From: Eledone cirrhosa
Lineage: Eukaryota
Direction: 5' to 3'
Length of the DNA: 64,000 bases
Assembly: GCA_964016885.1 (NCBI GenBank)
Contig: OZ024743.1
Span: forward strand, 324,818,001-324,882,000
Below, piece by piece: positions 50,840 to 64,000 of this stretch. Numbering within the stretch: position 1 is the first letter of the stretch; each line of letters starts with the position of its first letter. The position numbers and the translations under genes are program-made. A model generated the notes under the pieces. The model saw only the letters and a program-made list of their open reading frames with translations, made no database searches and had not been told where the DNA came from.

Positions 50840-52128
50840 TTTTATATAGATGCAAACATGGTTGTGTGGTCAAATAATTCATTTTGCAACAATGTGATTT
50901 TAGGTTCAGCCCAACTGTGTGGTGATACCATCTACTATATTTTGGGGTTGACCAATACCTTGTGAATGGAATTTGGTAGATGGAAACTGAAAAAACTCAT
51001 ATGTGTGTCTGTGTGTGTGTCTATGCTTACATTTGTGTTTGTGTCCCATAACTTACATAACTTAGCAGTTCAATAAAAGAGATATCAATGAAATATACAA
51101 CAGACTTGAAAAAAAAAAGTACTGGGTTAGATATGATTGACTAAATCAAGGTGGTGTCCCAGCATACCAGCATTCTAATGACTGAAACAAGTAAAAGAAT
51201 AAAAAGAATTAATAAATTTTTTTCTCTTAAAACAATTGTAGTTTAATTCAATGTCTATAAAATATAGGTAGAGGTTCTGTTGGTTTTGATTGAATAATTG
51301 CATAAAGTTAGTACAACAAAATAATTTAGGGAACTACTGGTCTAGGCAGATACTAAAAATAGCAGCCAGATTTACCTTAAATTACATCTTACTGCATAAA
51401 AAAATGAACAAAGGAAATATTACATACTGTGGTTCTTATACACTATATCTGAATGTAGGCACGGTAGGTATAGCTGGCATGGTAGGTGTAGCCAAATGGT
51501 TAAGCAGTTTTCTTTGCAATCACGAGGTCTCGCTTTCAACCCCACTGTGTAGCATCTTAGGCATATGTCTTTAGTATAGTCTCAAGTGTAGAAACTGTAT
51601 GGAAGCTGTTGAATGGTCTGTGATTGGATGTCAAAGGTTCACCCTTGTCACATATTTTGTCACACTGAATCTCCCTGAGAATTACATTAAGGATACACAT
51701 GTCTGTGGAATATTCAACCACTATGGACTTTACCTGTAATTCAAAGGTCTGGCCTTGTCATTCATTTTGTCACTCTGAATCTCCCTGAGATTTACATTAA
51801 CGTTACTCGTGTCTATGGAATATTCAACCACTATAATACAAGATGGACTGTACCTGTAATTCAAAGGTCAGACCTTGTCACATAGACTGTCATGATGATT
51901 CTACTTGAGAATTACATTGGATGTTCAGTTGATTGAACATGTGAATGTTTATAGTTGACACTAACAGAGGATCCATCACCATCATCATATTGAGCAATGG
52001 CATTAATTGGAATGAATTCCATACAGGGGGACCACTTGAGTCCAAATTTGCCAACCAAGACCTCATCCAGGAGTCCACATCTAAACCAGCCAGCAATGGG
52101 TGTCCCTTAACTTCTTCAGTGCCATAGA

Positions 52129-52240
52129 TGAGATAACTCGCCCTAACATGTTTGCATTCCAGTGTCACGGACGAGATAACTCGCCCTAACATGTTTGCAT
52201 TCCAGTGTCACGGACGAGATAACTCGCCCTAACATGTTTG
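52129..52240. repeat. 43-bp tandem repeat, about 2.5 copies
   Basis: GAGATAACTCGCCCTAACATGTTTGCATTCCAGTGTCACGGAC repeated. Confidence 0.9.
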
Positions 52241-52822
52241 AACTCTTTTCTAACAGTTCATAACTTCAAAGTTATGAAATTGTTTGCAACAGTTCATAAC
52301 TTCAAAGCTAGATGGGGCTACTAGTTTATGGCTGTGATGTTTGTCAATCATTCAGATATGTGTTGTTAATAAATGTTTGTTTAAAAAAATAGTCATTTTA
52401 CTGAAAAAAAACTGGCACAGAAACTGTTGCTATATAAAATATATGTGACAGTCAACAGGTTAATCGGATCTGCACAACAAATGCCAGAACAGCCCATCAT
52501 CTCCATTGATAGAAAATGAAAGACAGCCCAGCATGTGACGGTGAGTACCCTTACCAGACAGTACTGCTCCCTCAAACGTTTTCCTAGAGGCTGTCCATAA
52601 TGCTGCAAATGATGCATTAGTCTGGCTCACCAGTATTGTCCTGCCTCTCTATCTACTGTACTAGGTCATATGACAAAAAGAAGACCATTACCATAGCAGA
52701 AAAAAAACTGATGTGGTGGTCATAGATGGAATGTCTTGGATTTTATGTAAATTCTCTTCAAACAGGGTTGACCCAAAGCTATAAACATTAATAACAACTA
52801 CTCCATTGAATATTTTCTATTT

Positions 52823-52828
52823 TTTATT
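52823..52828 (-). terminator. Candidate poly(A) signal AATAAA for DNALI1
   Basis: AATAAA on minus strand about 140 nt downstream of the stop codon. Confidence 0.45.
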
Positions 52829-52966
52829 CAAATCATGAATTATTTAGTTGGTACTATTTTCATTAATATCATCATTTAAAACATTCCTTCTTCCTCATCC
52901 TCATCCACCTCGGCAGCCATTATCATCATCATTGTCATCTTCTACTAAAGTAAGGAAGTTGCTTCT

Positions 52967-53002
52967 TTATTTCTTTGGAGTTGTGATTCCTTCAAGTTGA
53001 GT
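52967..53002 (-). CDS. DNALI1: Axonemal dynein light intermediate chain (p28), last coding exon TQLEGITTPKK*
   Basis: Acceptor TTCTCTTCTTACAG; phase 0 join to the upstream exon; matches the DNALI1 C-terminus AQLEGIIAPKK. Confidence 0.92.
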   Translation of the reverse strand, partial: TQLEGITTPKK

Positions 53003-55166
53003 CTGTAAGAAGAGAATTTCATACAATTAAAAAGAAAAATTCAAAAAATGTTGATATTAACATTACAGGCAGATTTTTAAAATGCATATTTATTTGTTTG
53101 TTTGTTTGTTTGTTTGTTTGTTTGTATGTATGTATGTATGTATGTATGTATGTATGTATGTATGTATGTATGTACGTACGTATGTGTGTGTGTGTGTATG
53201 TATATATATGTTAGTATGTATGTGTGAATGTATGTGTGTATGTATGTGTATATGCATGTGTGTATGTATGTAACTGTGCTTGTTCATGATATGTTACAGG
53301 TTTGTGTGGCTGGCCGTAGCCTAAAAGTGCACCAGTTTCTGTAACCTGACAAGTGAGTGCAATACTCTCAGCAGAGTTTGCAGCCATCATGTATGTATTA
53401 CACATATATTTTAAAAAGAAATAAAATTCACAAAATTTTAATAGTACAGGTAGATTTTTAAAGTACATATTTGTATATATGTATGTTTTTTAAACCAGAA
53501 CAAGTTGTTTAGTTTACATATTGAAACCCTAATCCATCATATTTATTTTATAACGTATGGGATTTCCAATAACGTACTTTTTTTGTCATGTATAATGTTT
53601 TTTAAAGCTTAAAGAGAATTACAGGAATGCTATAACTTAAAATAACATTTCACCAGAGATAGATTAGCAAAATTTAATAAGTATTGAGGTTGAAATAAGA
53701 GCAGGGTGGGATTGGAAAAATCTGAAAAGCGAGTGGAGGGGACCATTATTTGAGTCCTGAGGGTATACACAAATATTCCTACTTACGTAAACAGAGACGG
53801 ATATATAAATATATATAAATTATGTAATGAGTACAAACGCAATTCAAAAGGCTAGCCATATCACATACTGTTCCATGATGAATCCCTTAAGAATTATGTT
53901 AAGGTGGTTGTGGTGGTAGTGGGGAGGTAGTGATGGTGATGAGGGGTTGTCGTAAGTGTGGTGTTGGTAACATGATTATAATTGTTTTTGTTGTTTAGCC
54001 CCAGGTCAACATGGTCTGAGAGTTTGTAAACAATATGATCAAAATCTTCACCATCATCATCATCACATACAGGCACATGCATGTATCTATATACTTACAT
54101 AAAATGACACATCCACACACACAGCACATACATAAACATGCATATATCCTTAAACACACATACATACATACATATATATATATATTTTTTTTAATTTCCG
54201 GTTGATTCTATTTATTTATTTTTTTATTAATACTACTGTGCATTCTATTTACTGTCTGGCCCTTACTCACTCATCCACATATATGTCTGTTTACCAACCT
54301 TGTAACTATAAGTAATTATATATTATATTATGTTAATTATTTTATATTGTATTTGTTATTGTACTATCGATCCTTATTACTTACCGTTGATTATATGTAC
54401 CATTATGATATGTTAAATTTTATATATCATGTAAGATGTTTATATTTTTGTACCATCATAATTTTGGGTATTGTACAATTTATATTTTTCCTCACCTACT
54501 CTGTAACTCTATATGAATTGATTTGTTAACTTGCATGCCATTATATATTATATATTATATATGTTATTATATTATTATTATAGTATTATTGTGACATCTA
54601 TATTGTTTGTATAAATTAACCGGAGATTATCTATTATATTATATTATATAGTATATAATTGTATAGTTTATTATATATTATATGTGCTACTTATAATCAT
54701 ATCATATTATTACCTCATGTATATTAGATATACGTATTATTATTATTATTTTTATTCCTATCATGCTTATTTATATTTAAACTCTTAATAAGGTTTAATT
54801 TGTGCTGTTAAAGATGGATATGTGTATTGATGTATGTGTATATGTGTGTACGTGTGCGTACATATATACATATGTATATTGTACCTTTTAATTTTTATTG
54901 TAATTTTAATATTGTTACAAGTATATTATATTATATTATATAGTATTATATATAATTCCCGCTCTATATAACCACCTTTGTTTAGCTCTAGGTTTTTTTT
55001 GCTTTGGACTATATTTGTAATATGGTTCTAAATGTTATACACCTCCTTAGTGATTTTTATTATATATTTTTACCCATAATCTTGCAATACTTTAGTGTAT
55101 GTACACTCCATATTCTTCGGAGTTTTCGGCTTGTATTGGCCGATAATACTTCTTGTTGTTTTAATT

Positions 55167-55204
55167 GCCCTGATGAGTCCTTAATAGGACGAAACATTGT
55201 TGGC
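55167..55204 (+). ncRNA. Minimal type I hammerhead ribozyme at the end of an AT-rich PLE-like UTR relic (~54190-55310) in the DNALI1 intron
   Basis: GCC-CTGATGA-GTCCT taat AGGAC-GAAA-CATTG-TT-GGC, then AATAAA; GUU triplet. Confidence 0.8.
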
Positions 55205-55653
55205 TAATAAAGACTTTTGATGTATTGAAGGCTTCTTTGTTTTACTTTCAGAATTCTTTGGCTCTGTTTAATTACATTGAGCTATACCTTTTACTGTCAT
55301 TTCTATAATACGAAGAGGTGGAGGCACATGACTTAGTGGTTAGAGCATTGGCCTTGCAATCGAAAAGTTGTGAGTTCAATTCTCAGACCAGGTGATGTGT
55401 TGTTTCCTTGAGCAAGACACTTTATTTCACATTGCTCCAGTTTACTGAGATGATAGGGACTGGGGTCCATATCATTCCACTGCAAAGTGGTCATGCAGGT
55501 GCCATGGCAAAAAAGCACCCAGCACTCACTGTAAATGAGGTTGGTGTTAGGAAGGGCATCCAGCTGTAGAAATCAAGCCAGAACCAGTTCCCGTCCCACC
55601 CTTGCAAGCAGGGAAAAGCGGACGTAAAATGAAATGATGAAATGATGATATAC

Positions 55654-55735
<82 letters not shown>

Positions 55736-55969
55736 CCATCCTTATTGCAACAACAGAGAAGCAATTAATTTCACAAAGATCGATATTGATAACATACTGT
55801 TCAACCAAATCACTGTTTTCTTTGCCCCCAACAATGCTGTGGGTTTCCTTTTAAAGCAACACAACTGAAATATCTCTTTAAACCATAACTAGTTATCTAA
55901 GCCATTATCAAAACAATACACTGATGTTTTAAACCCTTTCTCACTGTCAGTTCCCAACATCTTTCTTAA

Positions 55970-56179
55970 CCCTTTATAGCATTTACATTACTCTATATTT
56001 ACTATAGTTTCACTGTAAAGGTTTTACCTCACATAATTATCTCACATAATATCGAATCTATGAGATTTTGATGTTATTTATTTTGAGAACAATACATCGG
56101 TATGAGTGGTCAGTTACAGCTGGTTTGAACAGAAAGAGGTGAGAGAATTCCGGATGCAGCTGGTTTAAATGCTAAAGGG
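55970..56179. mobile_element. piggyBac-like TTAA MITE (related copy ~59928-60149)
   Basis: TTAA-CCCTTT ... AAAGGG-TTAA. Confidence 0.7.
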
Positions 56180-56484
56180 TTAATTACTCCATAAACCATT
56201 AAATCCCAAATAATGCATCAACGAAGTAATTGATTAGAAATTTAAATTTGATGGTTCGTTAACATCAATATTAAAACTGTCGTTTTAATTGACTCATCGA
56301 CTTGTTATAGTTGTCACATTAACTTCTCTAACCATTTTATTGCGATATTTCTAATGAAAAACACAGCATATTAATTTTCAATCATCAAGAATTTGAAGTG
56401 ACTTAGTAATATTCCTCTGTTACTCTATTATATTTTCCAGCTGATAGGCTCAGACCATGCTGGGGCACAACCATTTTAAAGGAT

Positions 56485-56602
56485 GCTTACAGCACTTAGG
56501 CTTCTCAAGTGGTCACCCATCTAAATACTAACAATGCTCAGTATTGCTTAACTTTGGTGATTGGACAAGAACTGGTGTTTTCAGCATGATATGGCTGTAA
56601 AT
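56485..56602 (-). pseudogene. Full-length 5S rRNA-derived sequence with CpG decay
   Basis: Minus strand ATTTACAGCCATATCATGCTGAAAACACCAGTTCTTGTCCAATCACCAAAGTTAAGCA..GTTAGTATTTAGATGGGTGACCAC..GTGCTGTAAGC is collinear with 5S rRNA (118 nt, A and C boxes). Confidence 0.88.
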
Positions 56603-56974
56603 ATAACTAACTTTCTTGTCATTAAGCTGGTGTTTGGAGCATAACTTAAAGGTTCCTGTCTAAAATGATGATGGAAGATTTTTTAGATAAATATAAACAC
56701 TTCCAAACAAATAGTTTTGTATTTATAGAAACAAGGACAGTTTCGGGTAAATTGATGTCAGAAGGGTTAAAGAAAAGATGATGGTTGCAAATCCCAACTT
56801 GGAATATTAACCCTCTTGATACCAAACCATCTAAAACTGCCCTTGCTTTTATGACACAAAGGTGTTTGTTTTAAAATGTTTAAATTTATTTAAAAACGTT
56901 CCATCATAATTTTATGTGAAAACCTTTGTTGAGTTATGTTCCAAATAACAACTTAATAATGAGAAAATGAGTTA

Positions 56975-58296
56975 TTTTTGAATTCCATGTGTCTAACACA
57001 CGTGAGCATGCCTACAAAGTCAGAAAACAGCACAGCTCCCATGACTTTTGGAAACATTTTTTCACACTCAGAGTTGCTGAAGCATGGAACAAACTACCTG
57101 CATCAGTTGTTAGCTGTCGAGACATTGCATCCTTTAAAACCTCCATGGAACAAACTACCTGCATCAGTTGTTAGCTGTCGAGACACTGCATCCTTTAAAA
57201 CCTCCATGGAACAAACTACCTGCATCAGTTGTTAGCTGTCGAGACATTGCATCCTTTAAAACCTCCATGGAACAAACTACCTGCATCAGTTGTTAGCTGT
57301 CGAGACATTGCATCCTTTAAAACCTCCATGGAACAAACTACCTGCATCAGTTGTTAGCTGTCGAGACATTGCATCCTTTAAAACCTCCATGGAACAAACT
57401 ACCTGCATCAGTTGTTAGCTGTCGAGACACTGCATCCTTTAAAACCTCCATGGAACAAACTACCTGCATCAGTTGTTAGCTGTCGAGACACTGCATCCTT
57501 TAAAACCTCCATGGAACAAACTACCTGCATCAGTTGTTAGCTGTCGAGACATTGCATCCTTTAAAACCTCCATGGAACAAACTACCTGCATCAGTTGTTA
57601 GCTGTCGAGACACTGCATCCTTTAAAACCTCCATGGAACAAACTACCTGCATCAGTTGTTAGCTGTCGAGACATTGCATCCTTTAAAACCTCCATGGAAC
57701 AAACTACCTGCATCAGTTGTTAGCTGTCGAGACACTGCATCCTTTAAAACCTCCATGGAACAAACTACCTGCATCAGTTGTTAGCTGTCGAGACACTGCA
57801 TCCTTTAAAACCTCCATGGAACAAACTACCTGCATCAGTTGTTAGCTGTCGAGACACTGCATCCTTTAAAACCTCCATGGAACAAACTACCTGCATCAGT
57901 TGTTAGCTGTCGAGACATTGCATCCTTTAAAACCTCCATGGAACAAACTACCTGCATCAGTTGTTAGCTGTCGAGACACTGCATCCTTTAAAACCTCCAT
58001 GGAACAAACTACCTGCATCAGTTGTTAGCTGTCGAGACATTGCATCCTTTAAAACCTCCATGGAACAAACTACCTGCATCAGTTGTTAGCTGTCGAGACA
58101 CTGCATCCTTTAAAACCTCCATGCTTCCTGAGATTCACCAACACTACACCTAATATTCCCCCTCCATACACATGCATATCACGACTTATACACTGTTTAC
58201 TTTCCTGACATTTGTACATTATTCTATATACTATACATGCACCTTTGATGAGTTGTAGTGCACTGAGCACTGTACACAGTAATTTCATTATTATTA
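56975..58296 (+). mobile_element. 5'-truncated CR1-type LINE 3' end with (ATT)n tail, inserted in a TTAA MITE
   Basis: NTREHAYK..KHFFTLRVAEAWNKLPASVV..SFK is the CR1 ORF2 C-terminal motif. Confidence 0.8.
57083..58119. repeat. Minisatellite, 17 x 61 bp
   Basis: Unit CATGGAACAAACTACCTGCATCAGTTGTTAGCTGTCGAGACA(C/T)TGCATCCTTTAAAACCTC. Confidence 0.97.
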
Positions 58297-61200
58297 ATAT
58301 TACTAAATTCCTCCATTTTCTTAATTATTTTCAAAATACACTGAAAATTACAGGCAATATCATTCATTAGAAATGTAGACACAAAAGAGTTAAAACTATC
58401 TGGAGAATAGTGACTTGACTGATTAATTACTGGAGTATCTCTGGCTTCTCGTAGCAACTGACTGAGAATCTCAAACAAATCTTCTAAGTACTGCTTGTTC
58501 TTTAGAGACAAATAAGCCACAACAGCCACACTATTCTATGACTTCCTTTCTTTAGCTTTCAACTCCTTTTAGAGTTGTTGGATCACCATCAGGACTTACA
58601 ACATATCTTGGGAGATCTATTAATCCGGAGGAGCCCACCCTGCTCCACGTCTGACCTCAGCTGATTTCTTCCATAAAGGTAGAAAAAGAGAGAGGCAGAC
58701 TGACAGAAAAAGAGAGGGAGATAAATAGACAGAACAATAGATTGACAGAAAGTGAGACAGACACAAAGAGAGAGGGAGATGAAAATTCACTTAATTTATT
58801 GACACCAGAACAAATACTACAAGGTATTTTATCCAACACTCTGAAGACTCTGGCAATTTGCTGCCTTTGTTAGCATGCATTGTTAGCTTTGAGAGGCAGA
58901 GTAATGGAGCAATGTGATAATGTCGCAAAACTTCTATAATCAACAAGGTACATACCATGTCCATCATAGTGGCTGGTGCAGTCAATGGAAGGAGAGAAAA
59001 AGACGGTTTAAGCAACAATCTACTTTAACAGTTTTGATACCAAACCTGCTGCTGTTTTTGCTGTTCTTTAGACCTGAGCGAATTTAGGCAGTAAATTGAC
59101 AGAGTCGTTAAGACGTCGGATCGTATGCTTTATGATATTCGTCCCACCTTATTGCGTGCTCTGAGTTCAAATCCCGCCATGGTCAACTTTGCTTTTCATC
59201 CTTTCAAGGTCGATAAAAATAGTACCAGTCCAGTACTGGGGTCAATTCTTCCTCTATAGAAAAAATTGGCTGTGTTCAGACATGGAGAGAGTTGGGCTCC
59301 ACCATGTTTAAATGTCCCCTAGACATGCCATATGACGGTGCTTATATGACTCCACAAGGAGTAATGGGATCGTTATCTTTATCAGACCTGAGTAGTGTCA
59401 GCTGGTCAATATACAGAGTGTGTTCTGTAACACAGGGAATTATGTTCTTTCCAAAATTGTCTATGGTGTAATGTTTGTATTATTTCCTTCGGTGAATAAC
59501 AACATTGGTTGAGCAGCAGACAAAATAACTTGTAGCTGGTTAATATTAATATTTTAAGTTGATGGTGGGCTTTCTGTGACATAAAGTTATTTCTTAAATT
59601 GTGTACTTTCTCTCTTCATGGAGCAGATCTGACTCATGTGGTAGTAGCCTGCCCCATTTTCTTCATGAAGTAGATTTGAAATTTTAGAATTTGGAGGAGT
59701 AGCTCATTTATTTTTGTCAGCTGTGGATTCAGCCCAGATGTGGTAGTGTTCAAGATTGGTCAGCAAGACTCACTGTGGAAACCATTGTTGAGTTCCATTC
59801 CATTCTGTATAGTTGTGATTCCATGTAATTGTCTGTTGACATATGTTCCAACCCCATCTTTTACTGCTTTGCCTCTGCCTGTATCTATAATGCCATACCT
59901 CAATCCCTTATTCCCCACAAGAATTTAACTCTTTATCATTTACATTACTCTATGTTTAGTATTGTATATTCATGGTAAAGGCTTTATCTCACAATTATCT
60001 CACATAATCTAGAGTCTAAGAGATTTTGATGATGTTATTCTTTATTTTAAGAACGGTATCTTAATGTTGGTGTGAGCTGCTGATTATGGCCAGTTTCAAA
60101 AAGGGGAAAGAATTCTGGCTGGATGTAGCCAGTTTAAATGCTAAATGGTTGAACTGTCTTCTTAACTGTATTTCTATTTGTGCTTTTCCACCCGCCTCTT
60201 CACAATTCTTTTAACCTCTGACCTGAACTATATCTCTATATGTACTTCTTTGAGGAATATATCCATCACTTTATCTTCTTGTCCAACTTGTTGACCCTTT
60301 TAACATCATCAACTGCTAGTGCTATGACCAAAAAACACCCAGTCCAACCTGTAAGGTGGTCATGCTGGTGCCACAAAAAGGCTCCCAATGTATACTGTAA
60401 AGTGGTTGACATGACATCCAACCATAGAAAACCAAGCCAAAAATAGATGATCATACAAGCAAGATGTATTCACCTGACCTGTCAAGCATCATTATGTGGC
60501 AATCTGTCAAAGTCATGCAAATATGGAAAATAGATGTTAACTGGTGATGATATTGATAATAATGATGAAATCACCTCTATTATTTTTCCCCCTCACACAA
60601 TACCCTTCTTGCTTAGCAATCCCCATCTCTACCAAATCGACATTAGCTTCACTTTCAGTCTTAATTTCCTCACAGAAATGTTTAACCAGTGAAAGAATTT
60701 GTGCAAATATAATCTTAATAATGAATTTCAGATAATCCTTGTAGCAGAGCAAGTCATTTTGTCTTTGTCCAAGAAAAAGACAAAATAATGAAACAATTAT
60801 AGTCTACACTCAGGAAATGTGTTGGTAGGAGTTCCATAGCAAAAACATCATATCAGTCCATTCCCATGTCTTTAGCTTATTTTGCATTGGCAACATAATC
60901 TTATTGCATATATGCTATTTGATGATGTGGCATTACTGGTTGTGTGATCGAAGCATCATGAAGCCATGAATACCATTGAAATATGTATGCATTCATATGC
61001 TTTATGAATAAGGGAATTTTAAACATCACACATCCTTATTGTATATATATATATATATATATGGACACGGACACACACACATTTATGTGTATATATATAT
61101 ATTAGAATTGGTGCTCTGAAATAGCGATACATATATATATGAAAATTAAAACAATAGCGTATTGTCTTCAAAATGCTTTTAATTAAGCATACAGTGTATT

Positions 61201-62193
61201 GCAAAATACACTGTATATACATTCATATATATATATCGCTATTTCAGAGCACCAATTCTAATTTTCAATTTCTGCTGGGCCGGCAACTGCTCTGTAAAAT
61301 CAGTTCCTGATTGTTACTGGAATTCTATAAGAATCCAACACACATAATTTTCGGCAGACGGGGAGAGTACTGAGTTTTGACAAGTACCAAAAAGTACAAA
61401 ACAGAGCTGTCAACTTATCTCCCCCTGTCTGCCAAAAATTTAAGTAAGCGACAATGTCGCTACTTTAAAACAATAGCGTATTGTCTTCAAAATGCTTTTA
61501 ATGAAGCATACAGTGTATTGTAAAATACACTATATATACATTCATATATATATGATTCCCTTCAGTCACAGAAGGCTAACACAAACACACTGCTGTTACT
61601 ACTATGGCAGTGATGTGTGAAATGCATTCTAATGTACATCTTCACATGAAGCTCTGGACAAATTTCCCCCTGATGAAGTCACTGTTTAACCAGCTATTGA
61701 TGTGCATGTCAATACACTTTAATAGTCAGATCATAGCTGAAGCATATAGACAATATGTCCCCACACCCTCCCACTGCAAAGTGGTCGTGGAGGTGCCACG
61801 GCAAAAAAGGACCCAGCACTCACTGTAAAGTGGACGTGTAGGTGCCACGAAAAAAAGCACCCAGCACTCACTGTAAATGAGGTTGGTGTTAGGAAGGGCA
61901 TCCAGCTGTAGAAATCAAGCCAGAATCAGTTCCCGTATGAGCAAGACAAGGTCAGCCAACCAGACACTGCCCACAACAGGACAACCCGTCTAACCCATGC
62001 TAGCGTGGAAGAACAGATGTAAAACGGTGATGATGATGATGATCATCATCATCATAGAGCAGAAACTATGCAATTTGGGGGATTATTTTTTTTTTTTCTT
62101 AATTATATCCCCCCTGTTTTGCTCAGGTATCTTTATCTGTCAATTTGAAGCAAGTGGCAACTAGATTAACAACATTGATTGTTTTTGTAAATA

Positions 62194-62232
<39 letters not shown>

Positions 62233-62883
62233 TCCCCTGTCTTAAGAATTATTTAATAAACAAGCCTCAAGACAGGGGAAATTTGAAATCACAGTGAACC
62301 TATTCATACAATAATCAGTGAGATACTGTGTTTGATGAAGTTGAACTTTTGAATTACTGGTACAATCTATCTGACATGCTAGACCAAGCGAGACCAGCAG
62401 AGCTCATGGTTATTGTCCAACCATCTTGCTCGGGGTCTACCCCTGGGTCTTCTGCCAGTTGATTTAGCCCATAAATCAACTGAGTCCAGTGATTCTTTCC
62501 TAAAACATTCAAACCACATGTCCATAATATTGGAGCTGTGTTCTCTCAATTCAGAGAAGTAGCAGCTCTACCTGGAGCGACTCTCTAACACTATCCCCAA
62601 CAGGATTGAAACCAGATCTTCATGATTGCAAAGCAAACTTAACCATAAAGCCAAGCCTGCATTCACTTAATTTATCTTAACCCTTTTGTTACCAAACTGC
62701 TTGAAACTGGCCAAGCTTCTCTGATATAAATCTGTTTATTTCAAAATGTTTATATTTATCTAAAATCTTTCCATCATAATTCTATGTAAAAAGCTTTGTT
62801 GTGTTCCAAATATTAGTTAAATAACCATAATAAATCCCTCGAAAGTTTTTATTATTTTCAAAATAATTTGAAACACATAGTGT

Positions 62884-63080
62884 CAGACCTGCCAAGCTCT
62901 AAAAACCCAAATGGGGAATATCATGAAAAAAAGGGCCCCCAAAACGGGGGGAAAATGAGGCAAAATTAGGAGATTTTACATTATGAAAGCTATACCCATT
63001 TTCACAAAAGAAGACATCTCTCACCCACCCTAAAGTTTGTGTGAGATCTCCCTGTCAGATGGGGTGAGTTGACAGGTCTG
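62884..63080. mobile_element. CAGACCTG MITE with 6-bp TSD TAGTGT, nested in a TTAA MITE (~62680-63119)
   Basis: TIRs and TSD seen directly. Confidence 0.82.
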
Positions 63081-63125
63081 TAGTGTATTCCATTAGAAAT
63101 ATGGTAAGAAAATGGTTAAACCTAC

Positions 63126-63290
63126 CTTCAGCTGTGCAATAGTTCTCTTTAGGAAGTTCGACTCATCTGCATGTTTCTTTTCCTCAACCATTCTCTGTTC
63201 AGCTGCTCTCTTCTCAATCTGTTCACATTTAGCCTTCAACTCATTCACTTGTCTTTCTAGTTCCCGTTTTTCGTTTTCTAGGGCCTCAAT
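63126..63290 (-). CDS. DNALI1: Axonemal dynein light intermediate chain (p28), penultimate exon, 55 aa
   Basis: IEALENEKRELERQVNELKAKCEQIEKRAAEQRMVEEKKHADESNFLKRTIAQLK with TTTATTTTGTAG acceptor and GTAGGT donor; closely matches the DNALI1 C-terminal coiled coil. Confidence 0.95.
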
Positions 63291-64000
63291 CTACAAAATA
63301 AAGAAGTAACATACATTATTTGTTCTACACCAATCTTTAACTTCTTAACAGTTTTCATCATCACCATCATTATCATTTTACATCTACTTTCCACACTGAC
63401 ATGTGTTGGATATGTTATCATGGTCTGAGACCAGATGAGTCAGAGTGACCTCGCTTGCTTGTTACATTCTATATTTGGCATGGTTTCTATGGAAAGATTC
63501 ATTTCCTAATGCCAGGCACCTTATAGAGTGTGTTTGGTGCATTTTTTGTGACACCAACACTATTACTTAAAAGAATGTACTGGGTTCTGGTTAGATACTC
63601 TCATGGTCAGTAAAAACCTATCCAACCCTAGCTAGCAGGGAAAATGGATGTTATTCATTCCGGCACTCAGCACTTTGATTTTAAAACTTTCCGAAGTCAA
63701 CTTTGCTTTTTACCCTTTTGAAGTCAATAAGAAAGTACCCATTCAATATTATGATCAATTCTTCCTTCGTATCTATCTCTAACTTTCTCTAGAAGAAATC
63801 AGCTATGTTCAGACCTGGAGAGGGATGTGCTCCACCAGGTTTAAAAGTCTCATGAAATGTTGTATGTCAGTACGGTGCCCCTATGACTCTATAATGTGTT
63901 ACAGGCCCATACATACACACACACACACACACACAAATGTATATGTATATACACATATATATATACATATTGTAACTTAAAAAGTAAAGGGAAATACATA

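Noticed and set aside
51890-52192. 100-aa ORF with protein-like stretch HPLLAGLDVDSWMRSWLANLD
   Set aside because: Could not be assigned; partly built from the 43-bp tandem repeat.
56485-56602. Functional 5S rRNA gene
   Set aside because: Single copy, pervasive CpG-type transitions, no T-run terminator, inserted within a MITE.
57083-58119. CRISPR-like array
   Set aside because: Units are contiguous with no unique spacers, derive from CR1 coding sequence, and the DNA is eukaryotic with no cas genes.

Overview
Repeat-dense, AT-rich animal genomic DNA. The SINE and microsatellite make-up suggests a cephalopod such as Octopus; this is inference. The only host gene I can support is the 3' end of DNALI1 (axonemal dynein light intermediate chain p28), on the minus strand, with two exons at 63290-63126 and 53002-52967. 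The rest is mobile DNA: three full-length, diverged L1/Tx1 retrotransposons (two head-to-tail inside a (GATA)n microsatellite, one with an intact 1148-aa ORF2), several decayed RLE-type (R4/Dong-like, Hero-like) LINEs, a CR1 3' end, a pogo DD35D transposon, a mariner relic, MITEs, a solo LTR and many SINEs. Main observations: (1) eight type-I hammerhead ribozyme motifs at five loci, mostly as mirror-image pairs in 176-276 bp inverted-repeat arms bounded by (TA)n tracts; one locus is linked to a Penelope-like endonuclease C-terminus. (2) A ~310-bp HMGB coding fragment inserted antisense, without TSD or poly(A), in the endonuclease of one Tx1 copy. (3) Conserved splice-donor motifs on or beside the ORF1 stop and acceptor-like motifs on the ORF2 stop in all three Tx1 copies. 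(4) A 5S-rRNA-headed SINE-like insert. (5) A 17 x 61 bp minisatellite born from CR1 coding sequence. All family assignments come from motif recognition by eye; no searches were run.
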